A stretch of 64,000 nucleotides of DNA from Candidatus Geothermincolia bacterium (GCA_038326775.1 JBBQKJ010000007.1:16826-80825), one strand, 5' to 3'; shown: positions 1 to 10,977, counted from the first letter of the stretch. Numbers and translations: made by a program. The notes: generated by a model from the sequence alone, not told the origin.

Positions 1-963
1 CCGTCTCGTAAGCCCCAAGTATAAGCTCCCGGCCCCCGAACGCGCACACCAGCATCAGCAGGGTGGAGCGCGGAAAGTGGAAGTTGGTGATAAGCGCGTC
101 CACCACTTTGAAACTGTAGCCGGGGGTTATGAAAAGGGTGGTGCTCCCGGTTCGAGGCTCGAGGGTGCCGTCGGAAAACGCCGCCGACTCAAGCGCCCTC
201 ACCGCGGTCGTCCCCACCGCGACGACCCGGCCGCCACGCGACCTCGTCTCGTTGACGGCGCGCGCGCAGGCCTCCCCCACCGCGAACGACTCCGAGTGGA
301 TGCGGTGGTCCTCGACATCATCCTCCCTCACGGGGACGAACGTGTCCATGCCGACCGCCAGCTCCAGGCCGGTCACTCGGATTCCCGCCTTCTCGAGCTT
401 CGCGAGCAGGCGCCCGGTGAAGTGAAGGCCAGCCGTCGGGGCGGCGGCGGAGCTCTCCCTCTCGGAATAGACGGTCTGGTAGCGCTCGGGGTCGTCTATC
501 TCCCCGGTGATGTAAGGCGGCAGCGGCACGCGGCCTAGCGCGAAGACCGACTCGTCGGGCGACGGCTTGCCCGCGCTCTCGAACCACACCTCCGCCCGGC
601 CTTCGACAGGCCCCTCGATGACCTCGGCGGTGATGCCGCTTCCGGCGAAGGAGAGTTCGACGCCGGGCCGCAGGGAGGCGCCCCTGCTCATAGTGTTCCA
701 GGTCCCCCGGCCGGTCTTCTCCAGCAGCAGCAGCTCCACCGCCCCGCCGGTCGGCTCCTTGCGCGCGTTCAACCTCCCCGGGAAAACCCTGGTTGTGTTG
801 ACCACCAGCAGGTCGCCCTGCCGGAGGAGCCCGGGAAGGTCCCTGAAGGTATGATGAGTCACGCCCCCAGAGCTGCGCTCCACGAGCATCAGGCGGCTCG
901 CGTCTCGCTCGGGGAGGGGCTGCTGGGCGATAAGCTCGCGGGGTAACGGATAGTCAAACAGGT
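1..963 (-). CDS. queA: S-adenosylmethionine:tRNA ribosyltransferase-isomerase QueA (3' end runs off the window edge)
   Basis: The minus-strand translation from the ATG at 961-963 reads MKTDLFDYPLPRELIAQQPLPERDASRLMLV..., the classic QueA N-terminus. The ORF stays open to position 1. The maximal-ORF track missed it because the stop lies outside the window. Confidence 0.85.
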
Positions 964-969
964 CGGTCT

Positions 970-1512
970 TCATCGGCTCGGGGGGTCGTTCTTCTGGTAT
1001 CTTTCAAGCTCGCTGTATACGCAGCCGCAGTACGACTGGCGGTACATGCCCATCTCCTTTGAGATGCGCACGGACTCCTGGTAACCGGCGGTCATGTCCT
1101 CACCGAAGAACAGGACTCCATTCTCGATGGCCGCGGACTCGCCGGCCTCGCGAACAGCCCCCCGGTCCTGGTGAGGGCTCACCAGGAGCGTTGTCGTGAA
1201 CTCGCCGATGCCAAGCCTGCGCGCCTCCGCCGCGGAAGCCGAGAGCCTCAACTGGAAGCAGCGCTCGCAGCGTGTGTCCACCCGCGCACTGACCTCTAAA
1301 AGGAACCGCGACATCTCATAGGGGCCGGTGTGTTGGTCCAGGCCCTGCCGCTCGCAGTAGTCGAGCACTGCGAGGAACCTCTCGCGGTATTCGCGGAACG
1401 GGTGGATGTTCGGGTTGTAGAAGAAAGGCACAACCTCGTAACCGCGCTCGGAATAGATGCGGTGCGGGATGATGAGACAGGGCGCGCAGCACGTGTGCAG
1501 GAGGATCTTCAT
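970..1512 (-). CDS. queH: Epoxyqueuosine reductase QueH (DUF208 family)
   Basis: MKILLHTCCAPC... carries the conserved CCAPC cysteine motif of QueH/DUF208. Its neighbour is queA. The start was placed at the internal ATG, the MKILL N-terminus typical of the family. Confidence 0.8.
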   Translation of the reverse strand: MKILLHTCCAPCLIIPHRIYSERGYEVVPFFYNPNIHPFREYRERFLAVLDYCERQGLDQHTGPYEMSRFLLEVSARVDTRCERCFQLRLSASAAEARRLGIGEFTTTLLVSPHQDRGAVREAGESAAIENGVLFFGEDMTAGYQESVRISKEMGMYRQSYCGCVYSELERYQKNDPPSR

Positions 1513-1584
1513 GACACCGTTTCTCGGGCCGCGGCTCGCCTTCGCGACGCCCGGCGGCACGAGAGGCCTCCATCGGTAGGCGTC

Positions 1585-2613
1585 TTAGAATAGTGTCCCA
1601 CCGCTGCCCTCCACATACTCCCGGCCCAGGTGCTTGAACGCGCGGGGAGTAGCGACCCGGCCGCGCGGGGTACGCTTGAGGAACCCTATCTGCATGAGGT
1701 ACGGCTCGTAGACTTCCTCGAGGGTATCGGTCTCCTCTCCCACCGCCGCCGCCAGGGTCTTGAGGCCCACCGGGCCACCGGAGAACTTATCTATCACCGC
1801 GGTCAGTATCGCCTGGTCGAGCACGTCAAGGCCCATCTCGTCCACCTGGAGCATGGCCATCGCGTCCACGGCGACATCCTCCGTTATGACCTTGTCCGCC
1901 TCGACCTCGGCGAAGTCGCGCACGCGCTTGAGCAGCCTGTTTGCCACCCGCGGTGTGCCGCGGGCCCGCCTTGCTATCTCGTGACAGCCGCCCGCGTCTA
2001 TCTCGACGTCGATGATGCCGGCGGCCCTCATGACCACGGCCTCCATCTCGTCGACCGGGTAGTAATCGAGCCGGAGTGAGACCCCGAACCTGGTCAGCAG
2101 CGGCCCGGTCATGAGGCCGACCCTTGTGGTGGCGCCGATAAGAGTGTAGCCCGGCAGCTCTAGCCTCACCGAGCGCGCGCCCGGCCCCTTGCCGATGATG
2201 ATGTCTATCTTGAAGTCCTCCATCGCGGGGTAGAGTATCTCCTCGACCGTGCGGGGAAGCCGGTGTATCTCGTCGATGAAGAACACTTCGCCGGCCTCGA
2301 GGTTGGTGAGGATGGCGGCGAGGTCGCCCTGGCGCTCCAGCGCGGGCCCGCTGGTGGACCTGGTGTTGACACCGAGCTCCTGGGCGATGATGGAGGCCAG
2401 CGTGGTCTTTCCCAGGCCGGGGGGGCCCGAGAGCAGCACGTGATCCAGGACGTCACCGCGCTTGCGGGCGGCCTCGATGAAGATGCGCAGCTGCTCCTTG
2501 TTTGACGCCTGGCCGATGAACTCGGCGAGCGTGCGCGGCCTCAGTGTAAGGTCGAGGACCTTCTCCTCCGGCAGGAGGATCCCGGATGTTATGCCGGCCA
2601 AGTCGTCAGCCAA
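1585..2613 (-). CDS. ruvB: Holliday junction branch migration helicase RuvB
   Basis: Walker A motif [11 protein letters not shown]. RuvB-specific blocks: [36 protein letters not shown]. Sits in the ruvC-ruvA-ruvB order. Confidence 0.95.
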   Translation of the reverse strand: MADDLAGITSGILLPEEKVLDLTLRPRTLAEFIGQASNKEQLRIFIEAARKRGDVLDHVLLSGPPGLGKTTLASIIAQELGVNTRSTSGPALERQGDLAAILTNLEAGEVFFIDEIHRLPRTVEEILYPAMEDFKIDIIIGKGPGARSVRLELPGYTLIGATTRVGLMTGPLLTRFGVSLRLDYYPVDEMEAVVMRAAGIIDVEIDAGGCHEIARRARGTPRVANRLLKRVRDFAEVEADKVITEDVAVDAMAMLQVDEMGLDVLDQAILTAVIDKFSGGPVGLKTLAAAVGEETDTLEEVYEPYLMQIGFLKRTPRGRVATPRAFKHLGREYVEGSGGTLF

Positions 2614-2619
2614 TCGGGC

Positions 2620-3216
2620 TCAACCCCTGTCCATGTTCTTCAGGGCGAACTGCAGGAGGTCTTCGACAGTCGCCTCCCTGCCGCCGAACGGGTACTTCTT
2701 GAGCGCCTCATGGGCCTCCAGGCGAGTGTAGCCGAGCTGCACCAGGGCCTCGGACGCCTCGTCGAAAGGCCGGCGCCCCTCGGGCGGCAGGCCCGCCACC
2801 TCCGCCGCCGAGGGCTCGATCTTGTCCCTCATCTCGAGCAACAGCCGCTCGGCGCCCTTCCTGCCCACGCCTTTGATAATGGTCAGCGCGTTGGCGTCGC
2901 CCCGCTGCACGACCGCGTCAAACCCCTCGGGCGAGAATACAGAGAGCACCGCCAGCGCCTTCTGCGAGCCGAACCCTGAAACCGTCATCAGTTTGTTGAA
3001 GAGGTCGCGAGCCCGCGGAGAGTCAAACCCGTAGAGCTGGAGGGCGTCTTCCCGGACTTGCAGGTAGGTGAAAAGAGCTATATCGCCCCCTGCCTCGGGC
3101 GCCTTGTCTATGGTGCCCGCGGGCGCGCGCACCTCGAGCCCGATGCCCCCCACCAGCACCACCAGGTGGTCGGCCCCTTTCTCTATCAGCTTCCCTTTCA
3201 GGTATGCGATCATCAT
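2620..3216 (-). CDS. ruvA: Holliday junction DNA helicase RuvA
   Basis: MIAYLKGKLIEKGADHLVVLVGGIGLEV matches the RuvA N-terminal OB fold. HhH motifs LMTVSGFGSQKA and GVGRKGAERLLLEM. Lies between ruvC and ruvB. Confidence 0.9.
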   Translation of the reverse strand: MMIAYLKGKLIEKGADHLVVLVGGIGLEVRAPAGTIDKAPEAGGDIALFTYLQVREDALQLYGFDSPRARDLFNKLMTVSGFGSQKALAVLSVFSPEGFDAVVQRGDANALTIIKGVGRKGAERLLLEMRDKIEPSAAEVAGLPPEGRRPFDEASEALVQLGYTRLEAHEALKKYPFGGREATVEDLLQFALKNMDRG

Positions 3217-3238
3217 CCTACCTCGCCTCGGGGCTCCG

Positions 3239-3283
3239 ACTAATGAAATCAGATCTGACCCCGATTATTAGCCCCGATTATTA
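3239..3283. repeat. Half-copy (one arm) of the palindromic intergenic element, with a tandem duplication of its terminal 13-mer (gccccgattatta x2)
   Basis: ctaatgaaatcagatctgaccccgattatta is followed by gccccgattatta. It is identical to the right arm of the full elements at 16768-16860 and 38241-38334. Its final TTA (3281-3283) is the TAA stop codon of ruvC on the minus strand. Confidence 0.6.
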
Positions 3284-3769
3284 GCCGGTCAGCTCCTTGA
3301 GCCGCCTGGACTGCAGGTGGCATATCGCCATCGCCAGGGCGTCCGAGGCGTGCAGGGTGGCCGGCTGCTCCTTGAGGCCCAGAAGAGCGCCCACCATGTA
3401 GGCGACCTGCTCTTTTTTCGCGTTGCCGTTGCCCACGACCGCCATCTTCACCTGGAGGGGGGTGTATTCATCCCAGGGCTTTCGTGCGTGCCTGCAGGCG
3501 AGCAGTATCACACCGCGCGCCTGTCCCACCGTCATGGCGGTCTTCTGGTTTGTGTTGAAGAAAAGCTGCTCCAGCACCACCACGTCGGGGTCAGTCTCCA
3601 CGATAACCTTCGCGATCTCCGTGTAGAGGATATCAAGACGCTCGGACATGTCCGCCGAGCCCTTGGTTTTTATCGCTCCGTGGCTGAGCGCGCGCATCCG
3701 GCCGGACTCCTCGGCGACCAGGCCGTAACCGGTGTTGGTTATCCCCGGGTCTATGCCCAGCACCCTCAT
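3281..3769 (-). CDS. ruvC: Crossover junction endodeoxyribonuclease RuvC
   Basis: MRVLGIDPGITNTGYGLV matches the RuvC N-terminus, including the catalytic Asp. Overlaps yebC by 4 nt. Confidence 0.9.
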   Translation of the reverse strand: MRVLGIDPGITNTGYGLVAEESGRMRALSHGAIKTKGSADMSERLDILYTEIAKVIVETDPDVVVLEQLFFNTNQKTAMTVGQARGVILLACRHARKPWDEYTPLQVKMAVVGNGNAKKEQVAYMVGALLGLKEQPATLHASDALAMAICHLQSRRLKELTG

Positions 3770-4539
3770 GCGGGCGGCCCTCCCAGGGCGGCGGCCTCTT
3801 CCTCCAGCACCTCGTCGGGGATGTCGAAGTTGGCGTAAACGTCACCGACATCGTCGAGCTCCTCCAGCGCGTCGATGAGCCGGAGCACTTTCCTTGCTCC
3901 ATCACGGTTGAGCGTGATGGTGTTCTTAGGCATCATGGTCATCTCGGCGCTCTCCACCTCGAGGCTGTGGGCGGCGAGCCCGTCGCGCACGTTCCTGAAC
4001 TGCTCAACGTCGCAGACTATCTCCCAGTATTCGCCCTCGGCGTTGAGGTCGTCGGCCCCCGCTTCCAGCGCTATCTCGAGCAGTTCCTCCTCGCCGTGCG
4101 CAGGGTCCTGCTTGATCATAAAGACGCCTTTTCTCTCGAAAATCCATGCCACGGAGCCGGTCTCGCCGATGCGCGCGCCGTACTTTGTGAACACGTGACG
4201 CACCTCGCTCGAGGCGCGGTTGCGGTTGTCTGTCAGGACCTCGACTATGACAGCCACGCCGTCCGCCGCGTAGCCCTCGAAGCTCATCTGCTCGAGCTGG
4301 CCTCCCTTGAGCTCGCCGGTGCCCTTGGCTATCGCCCGCTTGATGTTGTCCATCGGAAGGCTGTACTTGCGAGCGGTCTCTACGGCCGTCGCCAGGGCGG
4401 CGTTGGCGTCGGGGTTGCCCCCGCCCTCGCGAGCGGCGACAGTTATCTTGTGGGAAAGCTTGCCGAAGAGCTGGCCGCGCTTGGCGTCCTCCTTGCCCTT
4501 CTTGTGCTTGATGGAATGCCACTTGGAGTGTCCTGACAT
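3766..4539 (-). CDS. yebC: YebC/PmpR family DNA-binding transcriptional regulator
   Basis: MSGHSKWHSIKHKKGKEDAKRG is the signature YebC N-terminus. The gene is commonly found upstream of ruvC. Confidence 0.9.
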   Translation of the reverse strand: MSGHSKWHSIKHKKGKEDAKRGQLFGKLSHKITVAAREGGGNPDANAALATAVETARKYSLPMDNIKRAIAKGTGELKGGQLEQMSFEGYAADGVAVIVEVLTDNRNRASSEVRHVFTKYGARIGETGSVAWIFERKGVFMIKQDPAHGEEELLEIALEAGADDLNAEGEYWEIVCDVEQFRNVRDGLAAHSLEVESAEMTMMPKNTITLNRDGARKVLRLIDALEELDDVGDVYANFDIPDEVLEEEAAALGGPPA

Positions 4540-4562
4540 GTCATACCTCCATGTCGCGCCAG

Positions 4563-5168
4563 CTACCCCGCCTGTTTTACCTGTTCGACCATCTCCAGGA
4601 AGTAGCGGTGTATCCTGTCGTCATTGGTCAGCTCCGGGTGGAAAGCGCCGAGAAGAAATGTGCCTTCGCGCGCCATCACCACCCCCTCCTCTAAGCTCGC
4701 CATGACCTCGACCCCGGGGCCGGCCTCCTCGATTACCGGCGCCCTTATGAACACGGCCCGGAACGGGCGGTCCTCCTCGGCTATCCCCCTGACCAGGATA
4801 TCTCTTTCGAAGGAATCGACCTGGCGCCCGAACGCGTTGCGCTCGACCGTCACATCGGCGAGCCCCAGCACGCTCCCGTGCCTGCCTTTGACCCGCTGCG
4901 ACAAGATGATAAGCCCCGCGCAGGTCCCGTAGACAGGTGTGCCGCTCCTGCCGAGCCTGATGAGCTCGGGCACGAAGCCGTACTCATCAATTAGTTTCCC
5001 AATGGTGGTGCTTTCTCCTCCAGGGATGATGAGTCCGTTTACGCCGTTGAGCCCGGAAGGGCGTTTTATGCCGACCCCCCGGGCCCCGCATCGCTCGATC
5101 ATCTCGAGGTGCTCCCGGACCGCTCCCTGCAGAGCCAGAACCCCGATGGTTGTGTTGTTACCAGCCAC
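4563..5168 (-). CDS. pdxT: Pyridoxal 5'-phosphate synthase glutaminase subunit PdxT
   Basis: [13 protein letters not shown]...IPGGESTT... The catalytic Cys sits in GTCAG and the His/Glu in AFHPE. Paired with pdxS. Confidence 0.9.
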   Translation of the reverse strand: MAGNNTTIGVLALQGAVREHLEMIERCGARGVGIKRPSGLNGVNGLIIPGGESTTIGKLIDEYGFVPELIRLGRSGTPVYGTCAGLIILSQRVKGRHGSVLGLADVTVERNAFGRQVDSFERDILVRGIAEEDRPFRAVFIRAPVIEEAGPGVEVMASLEEGVVMAREGTFLLGAFHPELTNDDRIHRYFLEMVEQVKQAG

Positions 5169-6051
5169 GGAACTGTATCAGGTTCTCCTTTGCGATCTCC
5201 CCTATCTCGAGGCCGGGCATCGCCTCGCCCAGGCCGCGGGAGACCTCGGCTATCAACGCTGCATCCTCGAAGTGGGTGGTCGCCTGAACGATGGCCTTCG
5301 CTCTTGTAGCGGGGTCCTCCGACTTGAAGATGCCCGAGCCCACGAACACGCCGTCCGCCCCGAGCTGCATCATGAGCGCCGCGTCGGACGGGGTTGCGAT
5401 GCCGCCCGCCGAGAAGTTGACCACCGGCAGCTTGCCCTCGCGCGCCACCAGGACCACCAGGTCGTACGGGGCGCGAAGCTCCTTGGCGGCGGACATCAGC
5501 TCCTCCTCGGGGAGGGTTGTGAGCCTGCTCAACTCGCCGTTGATGGTACGCATGTGCCGCACGGCCTCGACCACGTTGCCTGTGCCAGCCTCGCCCTTGG
5601 TGCGTATCATGGCGGCGCCCTCGCCGATGCGGCGCAGCGCCTCGCCCAGGTTAATGGCCCCGCACACGAACGGGACCTTGAACTTGCGCTTGTTGACGTG
5701 GTTGGCTTCGTCCGCCGGCGTGAGCACCTCGCTCTCGTCGAGGTAGTCGACGCCCAGCGCCTCGAGCGCCTGGGCCTCCACAAAATGCCCGATACGGCAC
5801 TTGGCCATCACCGGGATGGTGACCGCCTCCATGATGCCGGTGATGACGTCGGGGTCGGCCATGCGCGCCACGCCCCCGGAGGCCCGGATGTCAGCCGGGA
5901 CGCGCTCCAGCGCCATCACGGCGACCGCGCCCGCCTCCTCGGCGATACGAGCGTGCTCGACGCTGACGACGTCCATGATGACCCCGCCCTTGAGCATCCG
6001 GGCGAGACCCCTCTTCACCGTGTCGGTGCCCTTCTCAGCCTGATTTTCCAC
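5158..6051 (-). CDS. pdxS: Pyridoxal 5'-phosphate synthase lyase subunit PdxS
   Basis: [18 protein letters not shown]...[13 protein letters not shown] are the PdxS signature blocks. The start was moved to the in-frame GTG at 6049-6051, which is preceded by AAGGA. The maximal ORF start at 6120 adds 23 non-conserved residues. Confidence 0.88.
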   Translation of the reverse strand: MENQAEKGTDTVKRGLARMLKGGVIMDVVSVEHARIAEEAGAVAVMALERVPADIRASGGVARMADPDVITGIMEAVTIPVMAKCRIGHFVEAQALEALGVDYLDESEVLTPADEANHVNKRKFKVPFVCGAINLGEALRRIGEGAAMIRTKGEAGTGNVVEAVRHMRTINGELSRLTTLPEEELMSAAKELRAPYDLVVLVAREGKLPVVNFSAGGIATPSDAALMMQLGADGVFVGSGIFKSEDPATRAKAIVQATTHFEDAALIAEVSRGLGEAMPGLEIGEIAKENLIQFRGW

Positions 6052-6123
6052 GTTTTTTCCTTTATTCAGGGAGATAACCCCATGATAGCGAATAGGGTGG
6101 TTGGCTGCAAATAGACGCACGTT

Positions 6124-7254
6124 TCAGTCGAATGTCGCCTGCTTCGCGGTCGGGACCAACTCGATCCACGTTATGCCGGGCTTGAGCCTGATCGCGTTGC
6201 CTGAGTTGTCGGTAAAGCGGGTATGCTCGCCGCGCGAATTCTTGGCCCAGTTGGCGTCGACGAGGCGGCCGCGGACGAAGACCTGCGCGCGGCCCGAGCC
6301 GACGACCCCCAGCTCTGGTGAGTCAACCCCGTTTACGTCCACTATGCCGGAGGGCACCTCGGTGACGTATTGGACGATGAGGTTGTCGGCGGCGAGCTGC
6401 CCGGTGGTGGTCCGCTCCATGTGGGGTTTGCCCGCGACGAAGCGCATGAACCTGCCGGTCGAGGAGTCGTAAGAGTACTTTACCGCGCATACCGCTGTGT
6501 AGGGGATGTAGACGTTCCTGACGACGGTCAGGGTCGGCTCGTAGCCCGGGTCGGGGCTCGACTGCTGAGCGGCGGCCCTGCTCATCTCTTCTGCGCGGTC
6601 CCTCTCCATCTTCGCCTGCTGCCGGTCGCCGAGGAACTCAAACGGGCTTGCGACCTCTCCGTGGAACGGGAAAGCGGGGTTGCCCGAGGCCCTGAGCTTC
6701 CCGGTGGAGGTATAGAGATTGTAGGGCGCCCGCCGGTCTCCGGCCCTCCAGTAGGCGCCGGGCCAGGCGAACTGGTCGAGGTCGGCTATGCCGGAGGCCT
6801 GTATCATGGCCAGCGTCGGCTCACCGCCGCCGCAGTGGCATAAGAGAGCTTCGTACGGGAGGGCAAGCTCGATGTCAGCCGGACGGGCGCTTCGCACCGG
6901 CCCTATAACCTCCGCATCCCGGCAGAGGTAGACGGCCATGAACCTTGTGATGCCGCCCTCAGTCACCTCCTCGTAGACAATACAGGCATTGCCGAGGCCG
7001 GACTGGGGACGGGCGGAGGGGTCGTTCTCGACCTTGACCGCAAGCGGCCTTCGGTCGATCGCCGGGAGGCTCGACACCTCCATGCCGCAAAGAGGACATG
7101 CAATCGGTTTTGTCTTTGCGACCGCGGCGGGCTTACGAGCCTCCTTCTTTTTTGTCTCGCCGAACCAGGAGCAACCCGGCGCGAGCGAGAGCAGGAGAAG
7201 AAGTGCGACCGCGGCGATTGATATGAGGGTATTTCGAACGCTCTTGTATCCCAT
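6124..7254 (-). CDS. Putative lipoprotein, DUF3048 (YerB-like) family
   Basis: Signal peptide with a lipobox (LLLSLAPGC|S). The RPLAVKVEN... blocks resemble DUF3048 lipoproteins. The family assignment is from memory, not a search. Confidence 0.55.
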   Translation of the reverse strand: MGYKSVRNTLISIAAVALLLLLSLAPGCSWFGETKKKEARKPAAVAKTKPIACPLCGMEVSSLPAIDRRPLAVKVENDPSARPQSGLGNACIVYEEVTEGGITRFMAVYLCRDAEVIGPVRSARPADIELALPYEALLCHCGGGEPTLAMIQASGIADLDQFAWPGAYWRAGDRRAPYNLYTSTGKLRASGNPAFPFHGEVASPFEFLGDRQQAKMERDRAEEMSRAAAQQSSPDPGYEPTLTVVRNVYIPYTAVCAVKYSYDSSTGRFMRFVAGKPHMERTTTGQLAADNLIVQYVTEVPSGIVDVNGVDSPELGVVGSGRAQVFVRGRLVDANWAKNSRGEHTRFTDNSGNAIRLKPGITWIELVPTAKQATFD

Positions 7255-7306
7255 GCTTCAATTGTAGCGCAGTCTTCAAGCGAAACCGCGCATTAAGAAG
7301 CTCGGC

Positions 7307-8290
7307 TTAAACGGGGACCTGGCCGGGCTGGACCTCCTGGAAGCTGCCGGCCATCTCGTTCAGCCTGCGTATGCGGTCCTCGATCGGAGGATGCGTGTCG
7401 AAGAGGCTGTTGAGCCGGCCGCCCTTGTTGCCCTTCTCAGTCTTGAGCGGCTGCGCTATGTACATGTGCGCGGTCGCTTTGTTGGCCCTGCGCAACTGGC
7501 GGTTGTCGCCTCCTATCTTGCCCAGGGCGTTGGCGAGCCCAGGTGGATAACGCGTGAGCAGTGCCCCGTTGGCGTCGGCCAGGTACTCGCGCTTGCGGCC
7601 GATGGCGAGCTTGATGAGCTGGGCTATGATCGGCGCCAGTATTGCGAAAACTATCGCCACCACCAGCATGATGATCCCGAACTCGCCGGAGTCGGAGTCG
7701 GAGTCGCTGTCCCCGCCGAACCAGAACGTCCTCAAGAATATGTCGGACATGAGTATGACCGTGCCCACCAGAACGATTGTCATGGTCATGATGAGGATGT
7801 CGTAGTTTTTCACGTGGGACATCTCGTGGGCTATCACACCCTGCAACTCCTGGTCGTTCATCATGGTGAGAAGCCCGGTGGTCACAGCGATAGCCGAATG
7901 GTCGGGGTTCCTGCCCGTGGCGAACGCGTTCGGCGCCTCGTCGTAGATCACGTAGGGCGCCGGCTTGGGCAGGCCCGCGGCGATGGCGAGGCCTTCCACC
8001 GCGTTATCGAACCTGATGGCGAGCGCCCTCCAGTTGGGGTCGTTCATGTACTGCTCGACCGGCGCGGCCCCCGACACGCGCAGCGCCACCTTGTCGCTGC
8101 GGTAGTAGGAGACAAGGCTCATGGTCAAGGCGATCACAACCGCAATGCCCAGGCCGATGAAGGCGTACTGGGGGTGGGACGTGCCGCCCCAGGCCAGGCC
8201 GATGACGTAGCCGATTCCCACCACGAACGCCACGAAGAAGACCATCATCAGGCCGGATTTCCACTTGTTGGCGCTTATCTGCTCGTACAA
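7307..8290 (-). CDS. htpX: Zinc metalloprotease HtpX (M48 family)
   Basis: Zinc site HEMSHVKNYD (HExxH), four TM segments, N-terminal MYEQISANKWKS. Sits downstream of lemA, the common LemA-HtpX pair. Confidence 0.85.
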   Translation of the reverse strand: MYEQISANKWKSGLMMVFFVAFVVGIGYVIGLAWGGTSHPQYAFIGLGIAVVIALTMSLVSYYRSDKVALRVSGAAPVEQYMNDPNWRALAIRFDNAVEGLAIAAGLPKPAPYVIYDEAPNAFATGRNPDHSAIAVTTGLLTMMNDQELQGVIAHEMSHVKNYDILIMTMTIVLVGTVILMSDIFLRTFWFGGDSDSDSDSGEFGIIMLVVAIVFAILAPIIAQLIKLAIGRKREYLADANGALLTRYPPGLANALGKIGGDNRQLRRANKATAHMYIAQPLKTEKGNKGGRLNSLFDTHPPIEDRIRRLNEMAGSFQEVQPGQVPV

Positions 8291-8359
8291 ATCAAATAAC
8301 CTCCGGTTGATCGCCGGGCCCCTGGGGCCCGGCGATCCACTCTGCTGAAACGGGGAATA

Positions 8360-8971
8360 CTACTGCGCCGGCGGCGCTGTCGGAGCCGGCGGCTCGGGCG
8401 ATGACGGCGCCGTAAACGAGACCTTCGGCAGCTCGCGCGCGGCCGCGGTCTCCGGCTCGAAGTACTCGCGCTGCTCCTTGAAGTTGAACATCCCGGCGAT
8501 CATGTTCGCGGGGAACTTCTGGCGCGCGATGTCGTAGGCCATCACCGAGTCGTTGTAGAACTGGCGCGCGTAGGCTATCTTGTTCTCGGTGCCCGCGAGC
8601 TCCTCCTGCAGGGCCAGGAAGTTCTGGTTGGCCTTGAGGTCGGGGTACGCCTCCGCGACCGCGAAAAGCGACTTCAGCGCCTGCGTCATCATCCCGTCGG
8701 CCTGCGCGCTCTCTCCGACCGACTTGGCATTCATGATGGCGGAGCGAGCCTGCGTGACCGCCTCGAACGTCTCCCGCTCGTGGGATGCGTAGCCCTTGAC
8801 AGTCTCCACAACGTTCGGGATGAGATCGGCCCGGCGGTTCAGCTGGACGTCGATCTGGTGCCAGGCGTTCTCCACCCGGTTGCGGAAACGAACCAGCCGG
8901 TTGAACAGCATCGCGATGAAAGCCGCCAGGAGCACGACCACCGCGACGATGGCCACAATAACCCAGACCAT
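8360..8971 (-). CDS. lemA: LemA family protein
   Basis: An N-terminal TM helix followed by [42 protein letters not shown], the LemA signature. Confidence 0.85.
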   Translation of the reverse strand: MVWVIVAIVAVVVLLAAFIAMLFNRLVRFRNRVENAWHQIDVQLNRRADLIPNVVETVKGYASHERETFEAVTQARSAIMNAKSVGESAQADGMMTQALKSLFAVAEAYPDLKANQNFLALQEELAGTENKIAYARQFYNDSVMAYDIARQKFPANMIAGMFNFKEQREYFEPETAAARELPKVSFTAPSSPEPPAPTAPPAQ

Positions 8972-9081
8972 GTAACCCTCCTTTAGCTCTGGTCAATTCT
9001 CACCTATTATAGCAACTCCTCGCCGTATTCATATGGCGGCCGTCAAAGTAACGTCCGGGGCTTTGAACCGGCTGTTTGAGC

Positions 9082-9723
9082 TCAGGCCTTGAGAAGGGTC
9101 AGTATGCCGTTGAGGGTGAAAAGGACCGAGAACACGAGCACCATCAGCGAGCACGCGTACAGCATCACGTGGTAGACGCGGTCGCTGATGCGCCCCCGCC
9201 CCCGGGAGACGAAAAAGCTCACCAGCGAGTACCAAATGAGGTCGGCCATCACGTGCCCCACGAAGAAGAAGACGAGTCCGAGGATGCCCTGGTCGAGGGA
9301 GAGGAGGATGTAGCGCGCTCCTATGGTGGCCCACCAGAGTATCCATCCCGGATTGGAGACGCTGGTCCAGATGCCGGCGACTGTCGGCCCCCAGCCTATG
9401 TCCGTTTTGGCGCTCAGGTCTATGGAAATCCCCTGCCGGACCTCGAGGAATATCCTGACCGCCAGCCACCCGAGGAAGAGGCCTCCCAGAACGCCGATGA
9501 TGCCAACCACGATGTCGTTCTTAATAAATTGGTTGAGGCCCAGGCTGAAAAGCAACATCAGGATGAATTCGGGGATGGCATGGCCGAGGACGATCAGCGG
9601 GCCCGCCCAGAACCCCTTTTTGTATGACTCGGCGATGGTGACCGAGAGCATCGGCCCGGGCATGAGCGCACCGGAGAACCCGATGCCCATCGAAGAAAAG
9701 AAGATGCCGAAGAGGACTCCCAC
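9082..9723 (-). CDS. LysE/RhtB family amino-acid efflux transporter
   Basis: Polytopic membrane protein with the family motif MPGPM near the N-terminus. Start placed at the in-frame GTG at 9721-9723; the ATG at 9690 is an alternative. The maximal ORF start at 9852 runs into the upstream gene. Confidence 0.65.
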   Translation of the reverse strand: MGVLFGIFFSSMGIGFSGALMPGPMLSVTIAESYKKGFWAGPLIVLGHAIPEFILMLLFSLGLNQFIKNDIVVGIIGVLGGLFLGWLAVRIFLEVRQGISIDLSAKTDIGWGPTVAGIWTSVSNPGWILWWATIGARYILLSLDQGILGLVFFFVGHVMADLIWYSLVSFFVSRGRGRISDRVYHVMLYACSLMVLVFSVLFTLNGILTLLKA

Positions 9724-9736
9724 TTCAAAGCCACCT

Positions 9737-10732
9737 TCAACCGGCGCCGTAGCGCGCGGCGAGCCGCTCCATGCCGCGGTCGAGCTGCTCCAGCACGGCC
9801 TTGTGCAGCGTCGCGTTGGCGCTGACGAGCGAGGACATCTGCCCTCCCCCACCTTGAGGGATCAGCGGGCACGGATCGAGAGACCCGCCGTAGGCGTCGC
9901 TGACTATCGCCCCCGCTTCCGAGGCTATCAACGCCGCGGCGGCGAGGTCGTAAGGGTAGTTGTTGAGGATATGGCCGTGGCCGACCTCAAGGAACATGCG
10001 GCGGACGTCGTCGACTTGCTCGGCCATCCGCTGGCCCGGGTCGACGTAGACGTCCATCTCCCCCTTGACAACGCGGGTGATGCTGAAGGTGGCGCTGCCC
10101 AGGTCGAAGTAGCCGCCGTCGACGGACGAGAGGTCGATGAGCTCACCGAGGACGGTCGTGAGCGGCTCAGCGGGCCTCCCCCGGTATCCCGCGGTCCAGA
10201 ATATGCGGTTCAGCGCGGTCGTGGTCGAGAGGTTGGGTTCGAGCGGCCTGTCTTCGTGCTCGACGCGAGCGCCCGCGCCCTTCAAGGCTATGAAAACGGC
10301 GTCGTTCTTTATCTCCCGCACGACGCCCAGGAAAACGTCACCTATGGTCAGGCTTTCCGCCTTCCCGTGGCTATACGGAGATACGGCGACCGAGACGCAG
10401 CACGACTCCAGGCCGGCGGCGGCGGGGCGGGTGCCGTCAATGGGGTCGATGATGAGAAGGAAGCGGGCGCCTGCCGACGCCACCAGTCCACGGTCTTCCG
10501 TGTAATAGGCGATGTCGCCGCGGGGGTCGAGCAGCTCGGCGATCTTCGCCTCGGCCGATTCGTCGATCGCGAAAGTGGTGTCGCCTGAAGCGCCGTGCCC
10601 CTCCAGGCCTTTCGCGGCGGCGCTCCCCATGCGCGGGCGCACCACTGAACGGACCTCTTCACACAGCCGCACGACCGTGTCGATGATGGGTGCGTTTTCT
10701 TTCCAGAATCGTTGCGCTTCCAGGGCGGACAT
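9737..10732 (-). CDS. Inositol monophosphatase / FBPase superfamily protein (SuhB/ImpA-like)
   Basis: Metal-binding motifs DPIDGT and WTAGYRG. Start placed at the internal ATG (MSALEAQRFW). The 80 upstream residues of the maximal ORF are Arg-rich junk. Confidence 0.78.
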   Translation of the reverse strand: MSALEAQRFWKENAPIIDTVVRLCEEVRSVVRPRMGSAAAKGLEGHGASGDTTFAIDESAEAKIAELLDPRGDIAYYTEDRGLVASAGARFLLIIDPIDGTRPAAAGLESCCVSVAVSPYSHGKAESLTIGDVFLGVVREIKNDAVFIALKGAGARVEHEDRPLEPNLSTTTALNRIFWTAGYRGRPAEPLTTVLGELIDLSSVDGGYFDLGSATFSITRVVKGEMDVYVDPGQRMAEQVDDVRRMFLEVGHGHILNNYPYDLAAAALIASEAGAIVSDAYGGSLDPCPLIPQGGGGQMSSLVSANATLHKAVLEQLDRGMERLAARYGAG

Positions 10733-10977
10733 CCTTTCTCGCGACTTTGCCGGACGCTCAACGCCTGCTGAATTTACCCCCCTGCGTTCTCGCGTGCGGT
10801 CACCCGGCAAGTATAGCAACGGCCGGGTCCGTGTCCAAACACGGTAAGGGTACGCCCGCGGCGCTTGTGCGCAACAGGCCGTGTCAACTAGTATGCATCT
10901 ATCGTATGCGCGCACTGGTGCCCGGGGCACCGTGATGGAAAAGAGACGCGTGGAGCCGTGAACGCTTTGCACGGGGG

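Noticed and set aside
4939-6114. Long plus-strand ORFs antisense to confirmed minus-strand genes. Examples: 4939-6114, 7391-8299, 9323-10588, 18023-19276, 21472-22920, 24546-25925, 27116-28192, 36181-37041, 40107-41501, 44698-46527, 46930-48084, 49038-50339.
   Set aside because: They are Arg/Gly/Pro-rich low-complexity translations with no motifs, each fully overlapping a well-supported gene on the other strand. This is the expected artefact of stop-poor antisense frames in 66%-GC DNA.
8972-9081. Possible lemA promoter (TATAAT at 9006-9011 on the minus strand, with AAAGGAGG SD)
   Set aside because: The -10 and SD are present, but no acceptable -35 sits at 16-19 nt. It is too weak to list as a feature.
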